Below, one piece after another: positions 11,940 through 24,620 of a stretch of 64,000 nucleotides of DNA. Source of the stretch: Podarcis pityusensis. Lineage: Eukaryota. The stretch is from the NCBI GenBank assembly GCA_964106645.2, contig OZ067047.1. One strand, 5' to 3'. The position numbers and the translations under genes are program-made. A model generated the notes under the pieces. That model had not been told where the DNA came from. It was given only the letters and a program-made list of their open reading frames with translations, and ran no database searches. How positions within the stretch are numbered: position 1 is the first letter of the stretch; every line of letters begins with the position of its first letter.

Positions 11940-12140
11940 TAATAGGAACAAAATAAACTGCCTTACACTGAAAGACCACTTGGCTCATCTAGCTCAGTGA
12001 TTATGTGGAGCAGTGCTTACCTGCCTGGGTCTTAGACATTGGGACCTTTTCTAGCCCGACTTGGACATGCCTGGAATTGAACCTGTGGTCTTCTGCATGC
12101 AGAGCAGATGCTCTACCACTGAACTGCAGACCCTTCCCCG
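11940..12140 (-). mobile_element. tRNA-derived squamate SINE (degenerate)
   Basis: tRNA-like head (cagttcagtggtagagcatctgctctgcatgcagaagaccacaggttcaattcc on minus) and ...taaggcag...ttccta tail. Confidence 0.65.
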
Positions 12141-13899
12141 CTGGCAGTTGGATCAATAATGTGGTCGCTGAGTTCCAAACACCCTCCAATTGACCCTTTC
12201 CTAGAGAAGTGTTTTCTGAGACATTTTGCAAAAGTATCCACTGTCCAAGAACACGCCATCTGCATCGGATGTCCTGATGAAGGCAGATGGTGAGATTGGG
12301 ACTACAGTGGCCTCCCACAGGCGATCTGTTAGCAGGCAAGCCAGCATAACATGAATAAATCACTAAGCTGAGCACAGTCCACCAGTTGTGTTGTCTTGTG
12401 CGGGGGAGCCTTCCAGCCATCTGTTTATGTTGCATGGGTAGGACTGCAGACTTTGGTTGTGAAGCCCCTGGCAGGTCACAATACCTACTGTTGTGTTGTG
12501 TTCAGCTTGATGGGTCTGCCATGTTTTCCTGCTGAAAAAGCAATCCATACTTAACTCATCAGCCTTTGGGGCAACTGGGCTCATTGGAGTTTTGAGTGCT
12601 CTGGATGCCAGTCACAAATTGATTGCTGTGGGGCAGCTCTAAAACAGCAGAGAGAGAGAACCAGAAAATGGTGCCAGCATGCTCCCTAACACCATCATCT
12701 TTTTTTCCTTTTTTTTAAAGGCAGGTACATCAGCCACCACTGTGCTTGCTTACAGAAAGAAGCTCCTTGCACCTGTCCTCTGCTCAGAATAGGTGGAAAG
12801 TGTGTTCCATTCCTGTTATCAAATGAAATGTGGGCATGGTTTTTTTGGAGGGAGGGGATGTTCAATGTTGGAGAAGCTGAGCCAGTGGAAACAGGAACTG
12901 AGCAGGAAGAACCCTATACAGTCTCTTGTACTTTATGGATTTCAGGGGAGATAATTACAGATACCTTTTTAGGGCACCATAGGAGATAAATCAACCCCTG
13001 ATTTATTGTATTCATTCAGATAACTTCATTTCATTTTGTGATATTTGCAGCTATGCATGTTTTATACCTCAGAATCTGAATTCACAAAAAATATTTATAT
13101 AGTTTTGTCCTTCTTCAAACTCAACAGAACAGAGTGGGTAGTATTAAATACCAACACTGTTTCTTTTTCAGCCTGCTGCATTCTGTAGGCAAAGAAGATT
13201 AGACATTCATGTTGCTATAATCGCCAGAAATGGAAAGCTGGAGTTGATAAGCTTGGCTTCCTATATAATCATTTCAGGTAAGCTGGTGACAGCTGAAATC
13301 AGATATCGGGAATGAGCAGCTGTGTCTTGTAGATGGTTGAGTTCCTCCTCCTTTTTCTGTACAATTACAGGTAAAAAAAAAAAAATCCATTTTTTTTTAA
13401 AAAATGAAGTAATTTTCAGATTCAATTAAGTTCTGCTCTTGAACATTATTTACACCCATCGATTCCTTTTTTCATCTTTGCTAATATGACTAGAGTGACT
13501 AAGCGTATTCAGCTAAGAAGGCAATTTGCTGTGCCCAGAAACTATTAAAGAAGGACAGATCCCCTTCTCACCAGATTCTGAAATGCAGTCCCTGTTCTGC
13601 TTTTTACTAACAAATATGTTTATTCTTCATGCTGCTTCTGAATTGGAAGTAATGCGAGTAGGCCACGGAGTTGTGAGTTAGCTGGAGTACAGAATGGTCC
13701 TTATCACTGGGGAGGGGAGGGGAGAGGCCTGCCATGATTTGTATGCTTTTCCATAGCCAAGAGAGGATGGAAACTGGGCATAGAACTAAGATTGTGCACT
13801 TATGTGCTTATGAATTGCCATTCATTTTAGGAATGTGCAGATGTGACACATATTAAGAAGCCTTATGTGAGTAAACTGTCTTGCAGATTGTGGAGTAAG

Positions 13900-14340
13900 A
13901 TTTAAACTAAAAATAGAGGGATATTGGATGTAAGGATCGGGAGAAAGTTGATTCAGTTTGCATTTAAAGATGAACCTACCTAATTTGCACATTCCAAAGC
14001 AATGCACAAACTAATGCACAGGCATCCTTCAAAATTCACATGTCTCTGAATTTTACAGTGCGGTTCTCTAGCCAAGTAATATGTACAAGTGGGCATATAC
14101 TAAAGTGTGCATAACACCAAAAATGCATTATATTATGGAAATTTGTGTTGCAAAAATCAGTATATTAGGCAAAACTGCATACAAAAATCTGTCTGCTAGG
14201 AGAAATTCACACTAAAATGCTGGTGGATTTTCATGAGGACATTAAAAAAATATCAGCTGATGTGGAAATTTAGAGAACTGAACAATCGTGGAAAAATGAA
14301 AAATGGAAAGAATGAAATTGACAAACTTGCCCATCCCTAC
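13900..14340. repeat. Old AT-rich interspersed repeat (unclassified, likely DNA-transposon-derived)
   Basis: Shares ggagaaattcacactaaaatgctggtggattttcatgaggac with the reverse complement of ~31550-32010; a related copy lies at ~58690-59130. Confidence 0.55.
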
Positions 14341-14519
14341 TTCTTGTAGCTGTATATGCAGTACAGAGAAAGAACGTGTCCCTGTTACAGAACAGATTTC
14401 ATAGATGGGACTGAAGAAAGGATTGACTGGTGGGACAAAGTGCTGGAAGTCAGTGTAGTCTAGTGTAGTGGGCAGTGCCAGGCATACAGTCAGCAGACCT
14501 AGATATATACCTCAGTCTA

Positions 14520-14605
14520 ACAACAAGGAATAATATACTTTCAGTTTTTCAGTGAAAATGTCACAACAAGGAATAATATACTTTCAGTTTTTCAGTGAAA
14601 ATGTC
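14520..14605. repeat. Perfect 43-bp tandem duplication
   Basis: acaacaaggaataatatactttcagtttttcagtgaaaatgtc at 14520-14562 and 14563-14605. Confidence 0.9.
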
Positions 14606-15404
14606 TCTGCAGCTGCTTCTCTGGCTGCTAAGTGGGGCCAGGCTGGTTTTCCATCCTTCCTGGAGATGCAACGGATACAACTTCCAGGGGCCCTTGGACC
14701 CCTGGACAATAACAGAGGCCAGAAGATGCTTCCCTCTTGCTCCTCAGTCCAGGCCAGCTCTGAACAGATTGCAAGAATATGAAGTGAAACAAACAAAACA
14801 ACCAAGCATCCCTTTGAGGTATGATGGATGGAGGCATGCAGCTAGCATGGGCTACTGCTCCCTTCTGCAATCCCAGGGGAACCAGCAGCTGGAACCAAAT
14901 GGTCTATCTGACAGGGAGAGGGGCAAAGAAAGTTACCTGCAGATGCTCCTCCAATGACTGGGACCAGGAGGTGTTCCCCTGATTCTGATGTTTTTTCCTG
15001 GGAAGCCGGGTGTTCAGCCTTCAGGTAGCCCTTAGCCCCCCAGTCAATGGATGGGGCTTCCCACTAAAGTTACAATGAACAGCATTGTAACAGCACTTTT
15101 AGTATGAACAGCACTTTTGGAAACTTGCAGTGCTATATAAGCCACAGGAACGGAAGAAGTGTTAACATAGAATTGGGAAATGGTAGAAACCCCATTCAGG
15201 CACCATACTTACATGTAACACCAACACATGAGCAAGGAGCGGGGTTGTGCTGACCTGGCATACAGTGTGAACATTTACAGGGAAGGATAGACCAAATTTT
15301 GCAGGTCCAGCTATATAACAAGAAGTCTTCAGTGCAACATGGGTTGCTGGCTATGTGAAAACCTTTGTGTTTATAACTGTACAGACAAAAGTCCATACCT
15401 TCAA

Positions 15405-15595
15405 GATGTAGGAAGCTGCCTTATAGCAAAGTTGGACCACTGGTCCATTAGCTTGGTTCTGTCTGCACTGATTGACAGTGGCTCTCAAAAGTTAAGTCAG
15501 GGGGATGTTTTCCCACCTAGAGCTGATGATGATTGAACCAGCACCCTTCTGCATGCAAAGCAGGTGCTCTACCATTGAGCTAGCTACAGCGCTTC
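15405..15595 (-). mobile_element. tRNA-derived squamate SINE (degenerate)
   Basis: Same head and tail as the 11940 and 37895 copies. Confidence 0.65.
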
Positions 15596-17593
15596 CCTGT
15601 ATGAATGGATGCTGTTGGGGAGACATACTCATTAAGTGCAACACCAGGAATCGGACTACTCATGTGTTGGTTCTACAGACAGGTATAATACCTGAATAGG
15701 GCTGGAGCCCAGCACAAACCTTCACGCTTAGACTGTAATGTGAATATAACAAGAGCCCTGAGCAGGTTTTCTTCAGGAACTAGACCAGGATGTGGAAGTG
15801 TTCTACACATTTGTCTTCACTGCTGTCACAACCACTGGGAGCTGGTAATTTATGCCTACAGGCAAGCACTCTGGCCACTTGCTAACCATGCACAGCCATG
15901 TGGAGAAATGCAGTGTGATCCAGCAACACACTGATAAGTTGGCAGCAACCCCTGTCCTTCTGGCAGGATGTTTTCCTCTGTCTCCTTATTTGCTCCGTGT
16001 TAACATGTATGTATGTGTAAAGTCAATAACATTTGTATATTTATATTCAGTTTAAAAATTAATAATATCAGTGGCAATCTACCACTTGAGTTAGAAGTTA
16101 CACTTTTTTTCCATCTCATTTAATGCAAAGTTGGGGCATTTGCATTGGATTATTTTATAGTTTGGTGACACAGGGAGGGCTTGATTCCTACTGTTCAGAC
16201 AGCAGTTTCCTTTGAGGGTGTTGAGCTGTGCTGTCTGCCTGAGCCTAAAGATAATTTTTAGTAATTGAGATCACTGAAGATTAGGGATACTGTGAATATC
16301 CGTTTCAACACAGAGCAGTCTCCAGTGCACATCACTGTCCATTGCAGGCATCCTGTATCTGGCACACTAACAGCAGTAGCTAAAGGTTTGTTAACAGAGT
16401 GTGAGACATCTCATTGTCTTTGTTCTTCAGACTAGGAGTGAGATGGGAGCGAGGAGGAGAGGAAGATAATTTGGCTTCTTTCAGATGAGGAATGTAGCGC
16501 TTGTAAGCCAAATAAAACTTTGCAAATAAAAAGAATAATCCTAGCATCTGACCCATTTATTATTGATAGATGTGATCTTGCAGACACCCACAAAGGGAGA
16601 TAACTGCTGTGTTAGCCTTGGAATGAGCTCCTTGTTCGTGATTACACAAGTCTTGTTACATGCGGATTGTACCATATTTCCTCTGAAACGAAGAAACATG
16701 GCCTGTAAGTCTGCCAGACGCTAGCAGCCTTCCTCTCTGAGAGCCACTGAGAATTGTCATCTTGGAATGCAGCACTGCCATCTGGGGGATGAAAAGCCAA
16801 CAGCTAAGCTGCAGGCTTGGAAGCCAACATTCACAACACACTCACACACACACAGCCTGGATCATATGCTTCTCCTAAACTGTGCATGAATCAACAATAT
16901 CTCCCCCGAGTATTGCATCTTCAAAGGGATAACATTATATTCCACTTAGATAGAGGAGGATTCCCTCCATCCTACCCCCCTGTTTCCAAAAGCATACGTG
17001 AAGTCTTGCCTTTTTCATGTTTCTGGCATTTAGTGGCAAGCTAAGCCCCCTGTAATGAATTCCATCTCACTCCTTGAAAATACTATATTATTCCCTCTTT
17101 GTGCAATTATATCAGTAAACAAGGGCAGAGGTGATTTGCTGAACCCAGCTAAAAATGGCTCTGACACCTCCAGCCCTGCGGTCTTTTGAAACTCATAACA
17201 AATAATAATGCAGAAATTACCATACCCTTATCTCTTGACATCCAACTGAGCTCATTGTCGCATCCTTTACTGATTGCATTTATTTTGCAGGAAATAAAAG
17301 CCCTGTAAACAAGAGCTCTCTCTTCCCCACCCCACAGCAGAGGGCTGACAGTCCCATTTTGCTCACTGATCAAGAAGTCAGGAGCTCTCTCTTCCAAAGC
17401 AACGCTTTACCCCCTCATTTCGCCTGTACTAGTTGCAGGTTGAGTGTTCAGGGGACCTTTTGAAAACTGGGTTGTAGTACCTAGCTAAGCTTTTATATAT
17501 TGAAAGAAACTTCTCCATGTTTGCCGTAGCTGTCAAAAATACACATATACTGATGTGTTTATTTTCAGCACTTCAGAATTACAGGATCCATGT

Positions 17594-17760
17594 CATAGAA
17601 TCATTGAATTTTGATCATGGAAGGGACTCTGAGGATCATCTAGTCCAACCCCCTGCAATGCAGGAATCTCAACTAAAGCATCCATGACAGATGGCCATCC
17701 AATATCTGCTTAAAAACCTCCCATGAAGGAGACTCCACAACCTCCTGAGGGAGTCTACTC
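17594..17760 (-). mobile_element. CR1 LINE 3' end
   Basis: Minus strand reads gaggtttttaagcaga...ggggttggactagatgatcc...ccttcc...gattctatg, the CR1 3' terminus. Confidence 0.75.
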
Positions 17761-17909
17761 CTCTTTGTGAAGGGAACATTGTGTTGGTTGATCCAACTTA
17801 CTTGACAAAGGGTTTTGATAAGAATTCTGCGTCTGTGCAGTGCCCTGCTATAAGGAATCCTAAGCTGCCCAAACTCTGCTAAAAAGTTTTATGAACATGG
17901 GGCAAATGC

Positions 17910-17939
17910 ATGATGATGATGATGATGATGATGATGATA
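17910..17939. repeat. (GAT)n microsatellite
   Basis: Visible tandem repeat. Confidence 0.9.
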
Positions 17940-20900
17940 TGGTGCCATCAATATGTCTGGAGCCCTACAGAATTACATAGGCACTACTAGTGCTAGTGGG
18001 AAGCCCTGATGACCTAATGAGAAACCCTGTGCTGGCTTCTGCTATCATACTGGGTTGGCTGGATCTGGCACCAGAGGGTGATCTTCTGAAGCAGGAAGAC
18101 TCCTGTGCTTGTGGGAGACTCCCTGCATGTTTTAGAAATGTGGAAAATACCAAATACAGAAGGCTTTCTTTGTCTTCCGTGAGTTGGAAGGAGACAGGAA
18201 TAGCAACTGGGGGCGGGAACGGTGATGATAGAACTAGTGTACTTGTCTGTATACATAATGAATACAGTATACAAAATGTGCCTTAAGAGAGCTATAGATA
18301 CGGCTCTAATCCCACCAAAGAAGCTTATAATGTAAAATAAACAGCAGGGAAGTGTGTGTTCCATGTTAGAGTCAGCAGGATGGATGCGTAACTTAAGTGT
18401 GTGTATGTAAGTTAGCTGAGGGGTATGTTGAGCTGGAGAAGTGGAAGTAACAGGCATGGATATACTGAGGAATAGGATGAAAAATAAGGGTGGGGGCAAG
18501 GCCCATATTGGAAAGGGGGTTAATTAGTTGCAGTACGTATTCTTGCCTGGTTTACCTACTTCTGTGAAGCCTTTCAGTGCCACTAAAGGGTTAATAGTCC
18601 TGTAAAGGTGGTTTGGAGAGGCTTATGGCTTCTTGAAATGAGCCACACCTGGACTTCCTCCTGGAGCTTTCCCCCTCAGTGATAGCATAGATTACAGCAT
18701 ATTTTGTACCTGGGCTCACCTGGGCAGGGTGATCACCCTGGTGGTGTCTTTCAGAATGCTTTTGCAGCAGAGCTGGATACCAAAACCTCAAGTGAATTAT
18801 GCCTAAGAGAGGTCAGTTTATTTTATTCTTTCCAGTTAAGGGGTAGGGGAGAGCTGTTGAATTGTGTAACATAATTACAAGGTGTGCTATAGTCTGCCCA
18901 CCTCTTTTTGTAGGTTCTCTCTGTTTCTTATCATTAAGTTTGATTGTTCATTGGTGGTTTCTTTATCTGTTTATACTGATGCCATTTATATCAATTATCT
19001 AGCTTATTTTGAGTTTTTAGCTCATTGTAATGCTTTGTAACTTGTCGTATGAAAAATGCAAAGTGTAACTTGGTTGTCCCTTATTATTTTTATTGTCTTT
19101 CTAGGGATATGGCATTTTTTAGTTTCATTGGTATATTTCATAGAAACAGTTTGTAATAGAGCTTTCTATGTTTTACATTGTATGGATCTATATCTAAAGG
19201 GGTTGGGCTCCGCAAGCATATTTCTGGGTACTTGAAGGCTTCTTGCACTGGTTCCTCCCTGTTCTTCCTTTCCAGTAGTCCCTCATGAGTCATGAACTAT
19301 GGAGTCAGTCTGTAACTTTGCTCCATTTGCATTCCTCCAACCCTTAGTTTTCCCTCCGCCGTATAAGCTTACTACCATTTGAATTTTTCCCATTAGCTCC
19401 TTAGATGTATTCAGATTGTTATTTTTCTCTCTCCTGCCGAATATTGTAAAGCAAGCGAAAATAGACCAACATAATTATGTTTTTCAAATCTTAAAACGTT
19501 GAGCAACACTTTGGTACTTTATCATATTTGAGAGAGAGACAATGCCTGCGTGCGAATCTTGTGGGGGGAAAGTACAGCATTAAATTTTCAAAGCAGGTGT
19601 GACTCAGATTAGCATTTTGATAAAATGATGCAGATAGCATTAGTACAAAAATAATAGATACAATATGGCACTTCAGTTTGTTGTTTCTGAGTACGTACTG
19701 GCTTTCAAGAAGGGGTGTTTTCTTGTTCCTAGCTGCAGCTATGATTCTGCTTCATGGTTGTTTGAAACACCTGGAAAGGTGAGGGTAATAGGCTCAAACG
19801 CAAGGAGGGTCAGAGCTGAGTTTACATAGTTGGACTGCTGAGATTCCTGAGGTTGCTGCTTATTGTTCTGGTTAACAAGCAAATATTCAATAGTGGTGTT
19901 TTCTTCATCTGATGGTAGTGAATATTGTCTGTAAACATTAGCCTTACCTTGCTGGATCAGACTAAAGTGCAGTCTAGGCTTGCTTTCAGGTGACCAGTTT
20001 GAGCATTCAGACTGATTTATTGCCAAAAGTTTACAGAGAAGTTATACAATAGCTACTGTTAACTGAGCAGTCAGTCAGACCTGTTTGAGGGGAGATTTTA
20101 TTATGTCACATCAAACAATTGTTATCCCAAACTTTCCAGTGCATTTTCCTTACTGGAAAAAGTCTGCTGGTATTCGACTCAATCCCACACAGAAATTAGT
20201 GACAGCCTGGAAGTGACCAAGGTCTAATCTCTTGCTTTCAGCTGTGGGCAGCCAAGATGATCATGATAAATGCCTAAAACTGCATGTCTAGGAAACAGCT
20301 CCTAGGAAAGTTTGTCTTTGTGCTTGGAGCTAACTCCAATAGGCAGACAAGGCAATTGCCTAGTGCAGCAATGTCCAATGAGGTATCTCCAGGCTGGCAA
20401 ATGCATCCAGTTGCCATGTTGCCTCAAGCATAACAGGTCTCCTGGCAACAATGCATTCATTCTTAAAAGAAAGCTAAGGTTTGCAATATACAAAAGGTTT
20501 GGAGACCTTCAGACTATATTTTAAAGAAACCCCATAGGTGATCACAACACACTGGGGAAAGCTTCTTTTCTGGAGCTGCTTCTTGTTGCACTCAGGCACC
20601 CATAGATGCTATGACTGATTCTGGAGTTTCTGGAAAATGCAGAACGAAGTCCAGATAACATTTTGGAAGCCACCATGATTTCAGGGGCAGTCCATCCTCT
20701 TCCCCAGAGGAAAGCCAAGTGTCAGCAAGGAAACGGCCTTGCTGTGTTCTAGATACGGTATATTAAAGACTAAGAGTCAACTCACTGGTCCTGCTAGCAG
20801 AAGTCTATGCATGCAAGGTCTTCTGCTAGTGCAGTGGGGCTCTCTTCACACACCCTCCCAAATTGGTTCGGTGGGGTGTTAAGAGAACACACCGACACCC

Positions 20901-23292
20901 ATACTGAACAGAGTGTGAGGGAGGAGAGGGAAGAAATGCAGAATTGTGTGCGCTGATGGAACCCACATGTAACAGTCGTGTTCAAGTGTCCTTTTGGGGA
21001 CCTGACCTAAGGACATTTGAGAATTCCAGCAAAAATGGCATTGGAAATTGCGTGTGTTTGGAATGGAAATCAAACTGCTTTCAGTCCACAAATGATAATG
21101 CAGTTTGTTACATTTCCCCATATTTGTGTTGTGTTTCCTTTGGGTTGAAATGAATGGGTTGGAATAACATACAGCAATGTAACTTATGGAATAAATTAGA
21201 ACAAATGTGACAAGTCAGAAACTTAACAATCATAGCAGGTCTAAGAGGTGTTAAAATGTTCAGATTGTTTAATAATGGATTTATTAGACCTTTATTTATT
21301 CGAGGAAACTAAAGTATCTCTAAGGGTCAATCAGGAAACCACCTCATAAGGGGATAAACTATGTGTTCTCTAACCCCTTGAGAAAATTGACTGTCGAAAA
21401 AAAGGCATTAGAGACTGCTTCAAGCTCTAAGTGGTTGCAAGGGGCAGCACCTATCCTTGAAGAGAACTTTAGCAAATCTCTCAGTTAGGATCTTGGGAGG
21501 GCACAACGTTAAATGTGCCAGCAAAACTGCTCTTCTGCATTGTTAGAAAATATTGATTTGGCATGCATTTATTAAAGGCAGTGGCTATGTTGCATGATCC
21601 CCGCTCGCTGACACATGTAACTCTTGTGCATCCATATGTTTATTGCCTGTTTAATAATAGATTTCTGACATGTCAGAAGGTGCCCTTTTCAGATGCATAT
21701 AGTTTTTATGGGGTTATAAAAGGAAGTGCTTTAATTGAAGGGAAAATGACGTTTGGCTGACAAAGAGCAAGGGTTGTGAACTGCTGCCTTTGTGTTTGTC
21801 TGCAGCCAAGGAGAAGTCCAGCTTTAAGGTGGCATTTCCTAGGAGCTGCAGGTATTTTCTCTGCAGTTTTCCATTTTGCTCTTTCTCCTTTCCTTCTCTC
21901 TTTCAGTGAACCAGTTCTAATATGAGTCTGATCCCTCAGAAATAAACCCCCAAAGCAGGAAGCTTTCTTGCTTTCTTCCTTCACTGCAGGGCAAGGTGAA
22001 AGGCAGGGCACAAGCACTCTGAATGGAGGAACAACCCTCCCATAGGTCTATGTGATCAGGTCAGTTCCCATCATATACTCTGAACAAAAAAGAGGCTAAA
22101 GATCCCCTAAGCTCCCCTTATAGTGTGTGAAGCCATCCTAGCTTATGGCGTCCTAGATATTTATAGACATGGCATGGCATTTTCCCAAGGACATAAAGCA
22201 ATAAAATAAAATGGAATCCAAACCGTAGAAGAAACTGAAAAGTCATTGGCTGCAGCTTAAGCCTCAGCATGTGAAATTTCTAAGGGTGATGGGGGATGTA
22301 AATGTGGTATCAACATTTGTGTGGATGGTATGGTTTAATTTTTGTTTTAAAAACAACACTAGGTCATTTTCACATTCCCAGGTGAGATATCCAGTTTTCC
22401 TGATTGCATCTTATGCTGTTCTAGTTTCTTCCTGCTTTTCTGCTGACCCAATAAGCCTTTTTGTAACACAGCCATAAAAAACAACTTTATCCCCAACACA
22501 AGAGAACGTTTCTCTCCTATCTCCCAGTTCAGCTTAGTTCTCTCCCCCGCCCCACACGCACAAAAAGAAAAAAATGGGTAGCTGGATTTCTGTTTACCTG
22601 TCACACAATAATTAGATTTAAGGGTGTTGGGGGCAGGGAAGGGGGAGCTGCAAACTGCCCTGTCTTAAAAGCCTTTTTATAAAAAACCATTGACTGTCCA
22701 TTGAAAGTAGCAAAAGGATTAGTGACACTTCATTTCGCCTGTCCACTACAATCAGGTAAGGGCTTGGCGGGACAGTATAATAGCCCTGCAGTGTAAGTTG
22801 GTGTGGGGTAAATTGATTCTTTTACCCTAAACCTCTTGCCAGCGGTGGAAGCTGAACAGATTTCCTCCAGTTCCCTTGGAGTTTCATAACATGTTGTTCA
22901 TTGTTCCAGTATGCTGCTCCTGTCACCTCACACTGACTGGAGACAGCCCCATTTACCTTTTCTCTTGACAGAAAATCCACAATGAATGTGAGAGAAGCAG
23001 GTCAGTCAGTCTCTCTTTAGAAGTCAGGAGAAGAGGGTGGAAAGCAGGAGGAATAAAAATAGGCATCCTAAAGGAATTCATTGTTTTTCTGGAACAGAAA
23101 TAACGTGGGACTCGTCTTCAGTAAATTTGCCTTCCTGAAAGCAATATGGGGGATGTCCAAGATTGACCATACTCCTTCAGATGTTGTTGGTCTCACTCAG
23201 AGTAGATCAACTAAAATCCACAGACTTGAGTTACCTTAAGCCAATTGATTCCAATGGACTTACATGTGATTTTATTCATTTTCTGCATCTTT

Positions 23293-23531
23293 AACCACAG
23301 CCTCATGCTCGGTTGTGCTGTGCTATCAACCACATGTCAGCTTCTGCAAAATGGCAACTCATGACAGCATTGGGTAGAAAAGCTTCATTCATAAAACTTG
23401 GATAAAAATTGGATAGGAATCATTCAAACTTCTCTGTCTTAGAGAAGGAGCCAATGCTGTCATGAGTTGCCACTTTGCAGAAGCTGACATGCGGCTGATA
23501 GCACAACACAACATAGCATGAGGCTGCGGTT
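23293..23531. repeat. 81-bp inverted repeat with 77-bp spacer
   Basis: 23293-23373 versus the reverse complement of 23451-23531: 7 mismatches by manual alignment. Confidence 0.85.
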
Positions 23532-24461
23532 TTCCACCCTACTGGTTTAGAATTGCAGATGTGCAGGAAGCTAGTGGCTTTTGTCAGTATGAGCAGACTG
23601 TTTACGCAGTCAAATGTTGACATGCTGACAGCTCCAAACTCCAACACCTTCCATGGATTAGCATTTTAAATATTGTTGATGCATCCATGTTCTTGCTTTC
23701 CCCCCTTTTCCTTCAGTTTGCTTGCCTTTCACTTTGGTCAAGTTCTGTGGCTGCTCCTGTAGTAGTTGCTACTATAGGCTAAGAAGTCTTCGAATTTGAA
23801 AGTTCTAACAAATCTGATGTCTCCCCCCCTTCTTTTTTTTACTGAATCAGCAAAGACTTAGGCAATTTCACCATGCATGCTTGATCTCTACAACACACAG
23901 CAAACCAACTCCTTTAGTTGGTCTTATGTTACAAATAAGATAGTAATTAGAATATCCAAATGACAACATTTGTATGCATATAGATTGTTTTGAAAAGCAC
24001 TTTCTTCGGCAAACACTATTTATTTGCTCATGAATATTAATTGTTTTAATCATGTTAAGATGACGAGAGCTATATAAAATATAAATGGTAATAGACAAGA
24101 TATTTGTCAGTTAGGATGACTTGGATACAGAGCCCACTCTAGTTGGCAAAAACAATGCTATTGATTTTTATGTACTTTCGTTGAGGCTTCATTTGATCAC
24201 CAGATGTGATTTTTATCATGAAACTACCAAGGAGTTCATTGGCTGAGTGTAGTGCAGCTTTTGGTTTAACTACTTAACATTCCAGATTTGCCAAAAGTGT
24301 CTTTGTAACATATTGTTCATGATGTGAGAATGAAATTTGGTACTCAAATTCAGGGCCTTATTCTGTGTTTCAGATTCAAATACTAGTTTAGCCCATTATC
24401 AAGGGAGGGATGGAGAAGTGTAAAATCTTCCTTGAAGATTTAGAGATTAATAAAGAATGTT

Positions 24462-24620
24462 GGTATTTTTTCTTCTATAAGACGTCCCCATGTATAAGAC
24501 ACCCCCTATTTTGGGGCACTCAGATTTAAGAAAATGGGAGAGATGTATCCATGTATAAGACGCCCCCTAATTTTTGATATTTTTAGGGGAAAACCTAGTC
24601 TTATACATGGAAAAATATGG
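24462..24620. mobile_element. Short Tc2-type (Tc1/mariner) MITE
   Basis: Degenerate TIRs gtattttttc.tctataagac / gtcttatacatggaaaaatatgg-TA. Confidence 0.6.

Noticed and set aside
11940-12140. tRNA-like sequences here and at ~15.5, 29.6, 37.9 and 41.0 kb
   Set aside because: Degenerate SINE heads attached to SINE bodies, not intact tRNA genes
18014-18499. 161-aa ORF with a signal-peptide-like start
   Set aside because: Non-ATG start, no recognisable domain or splice support; consistent with a chance ORF
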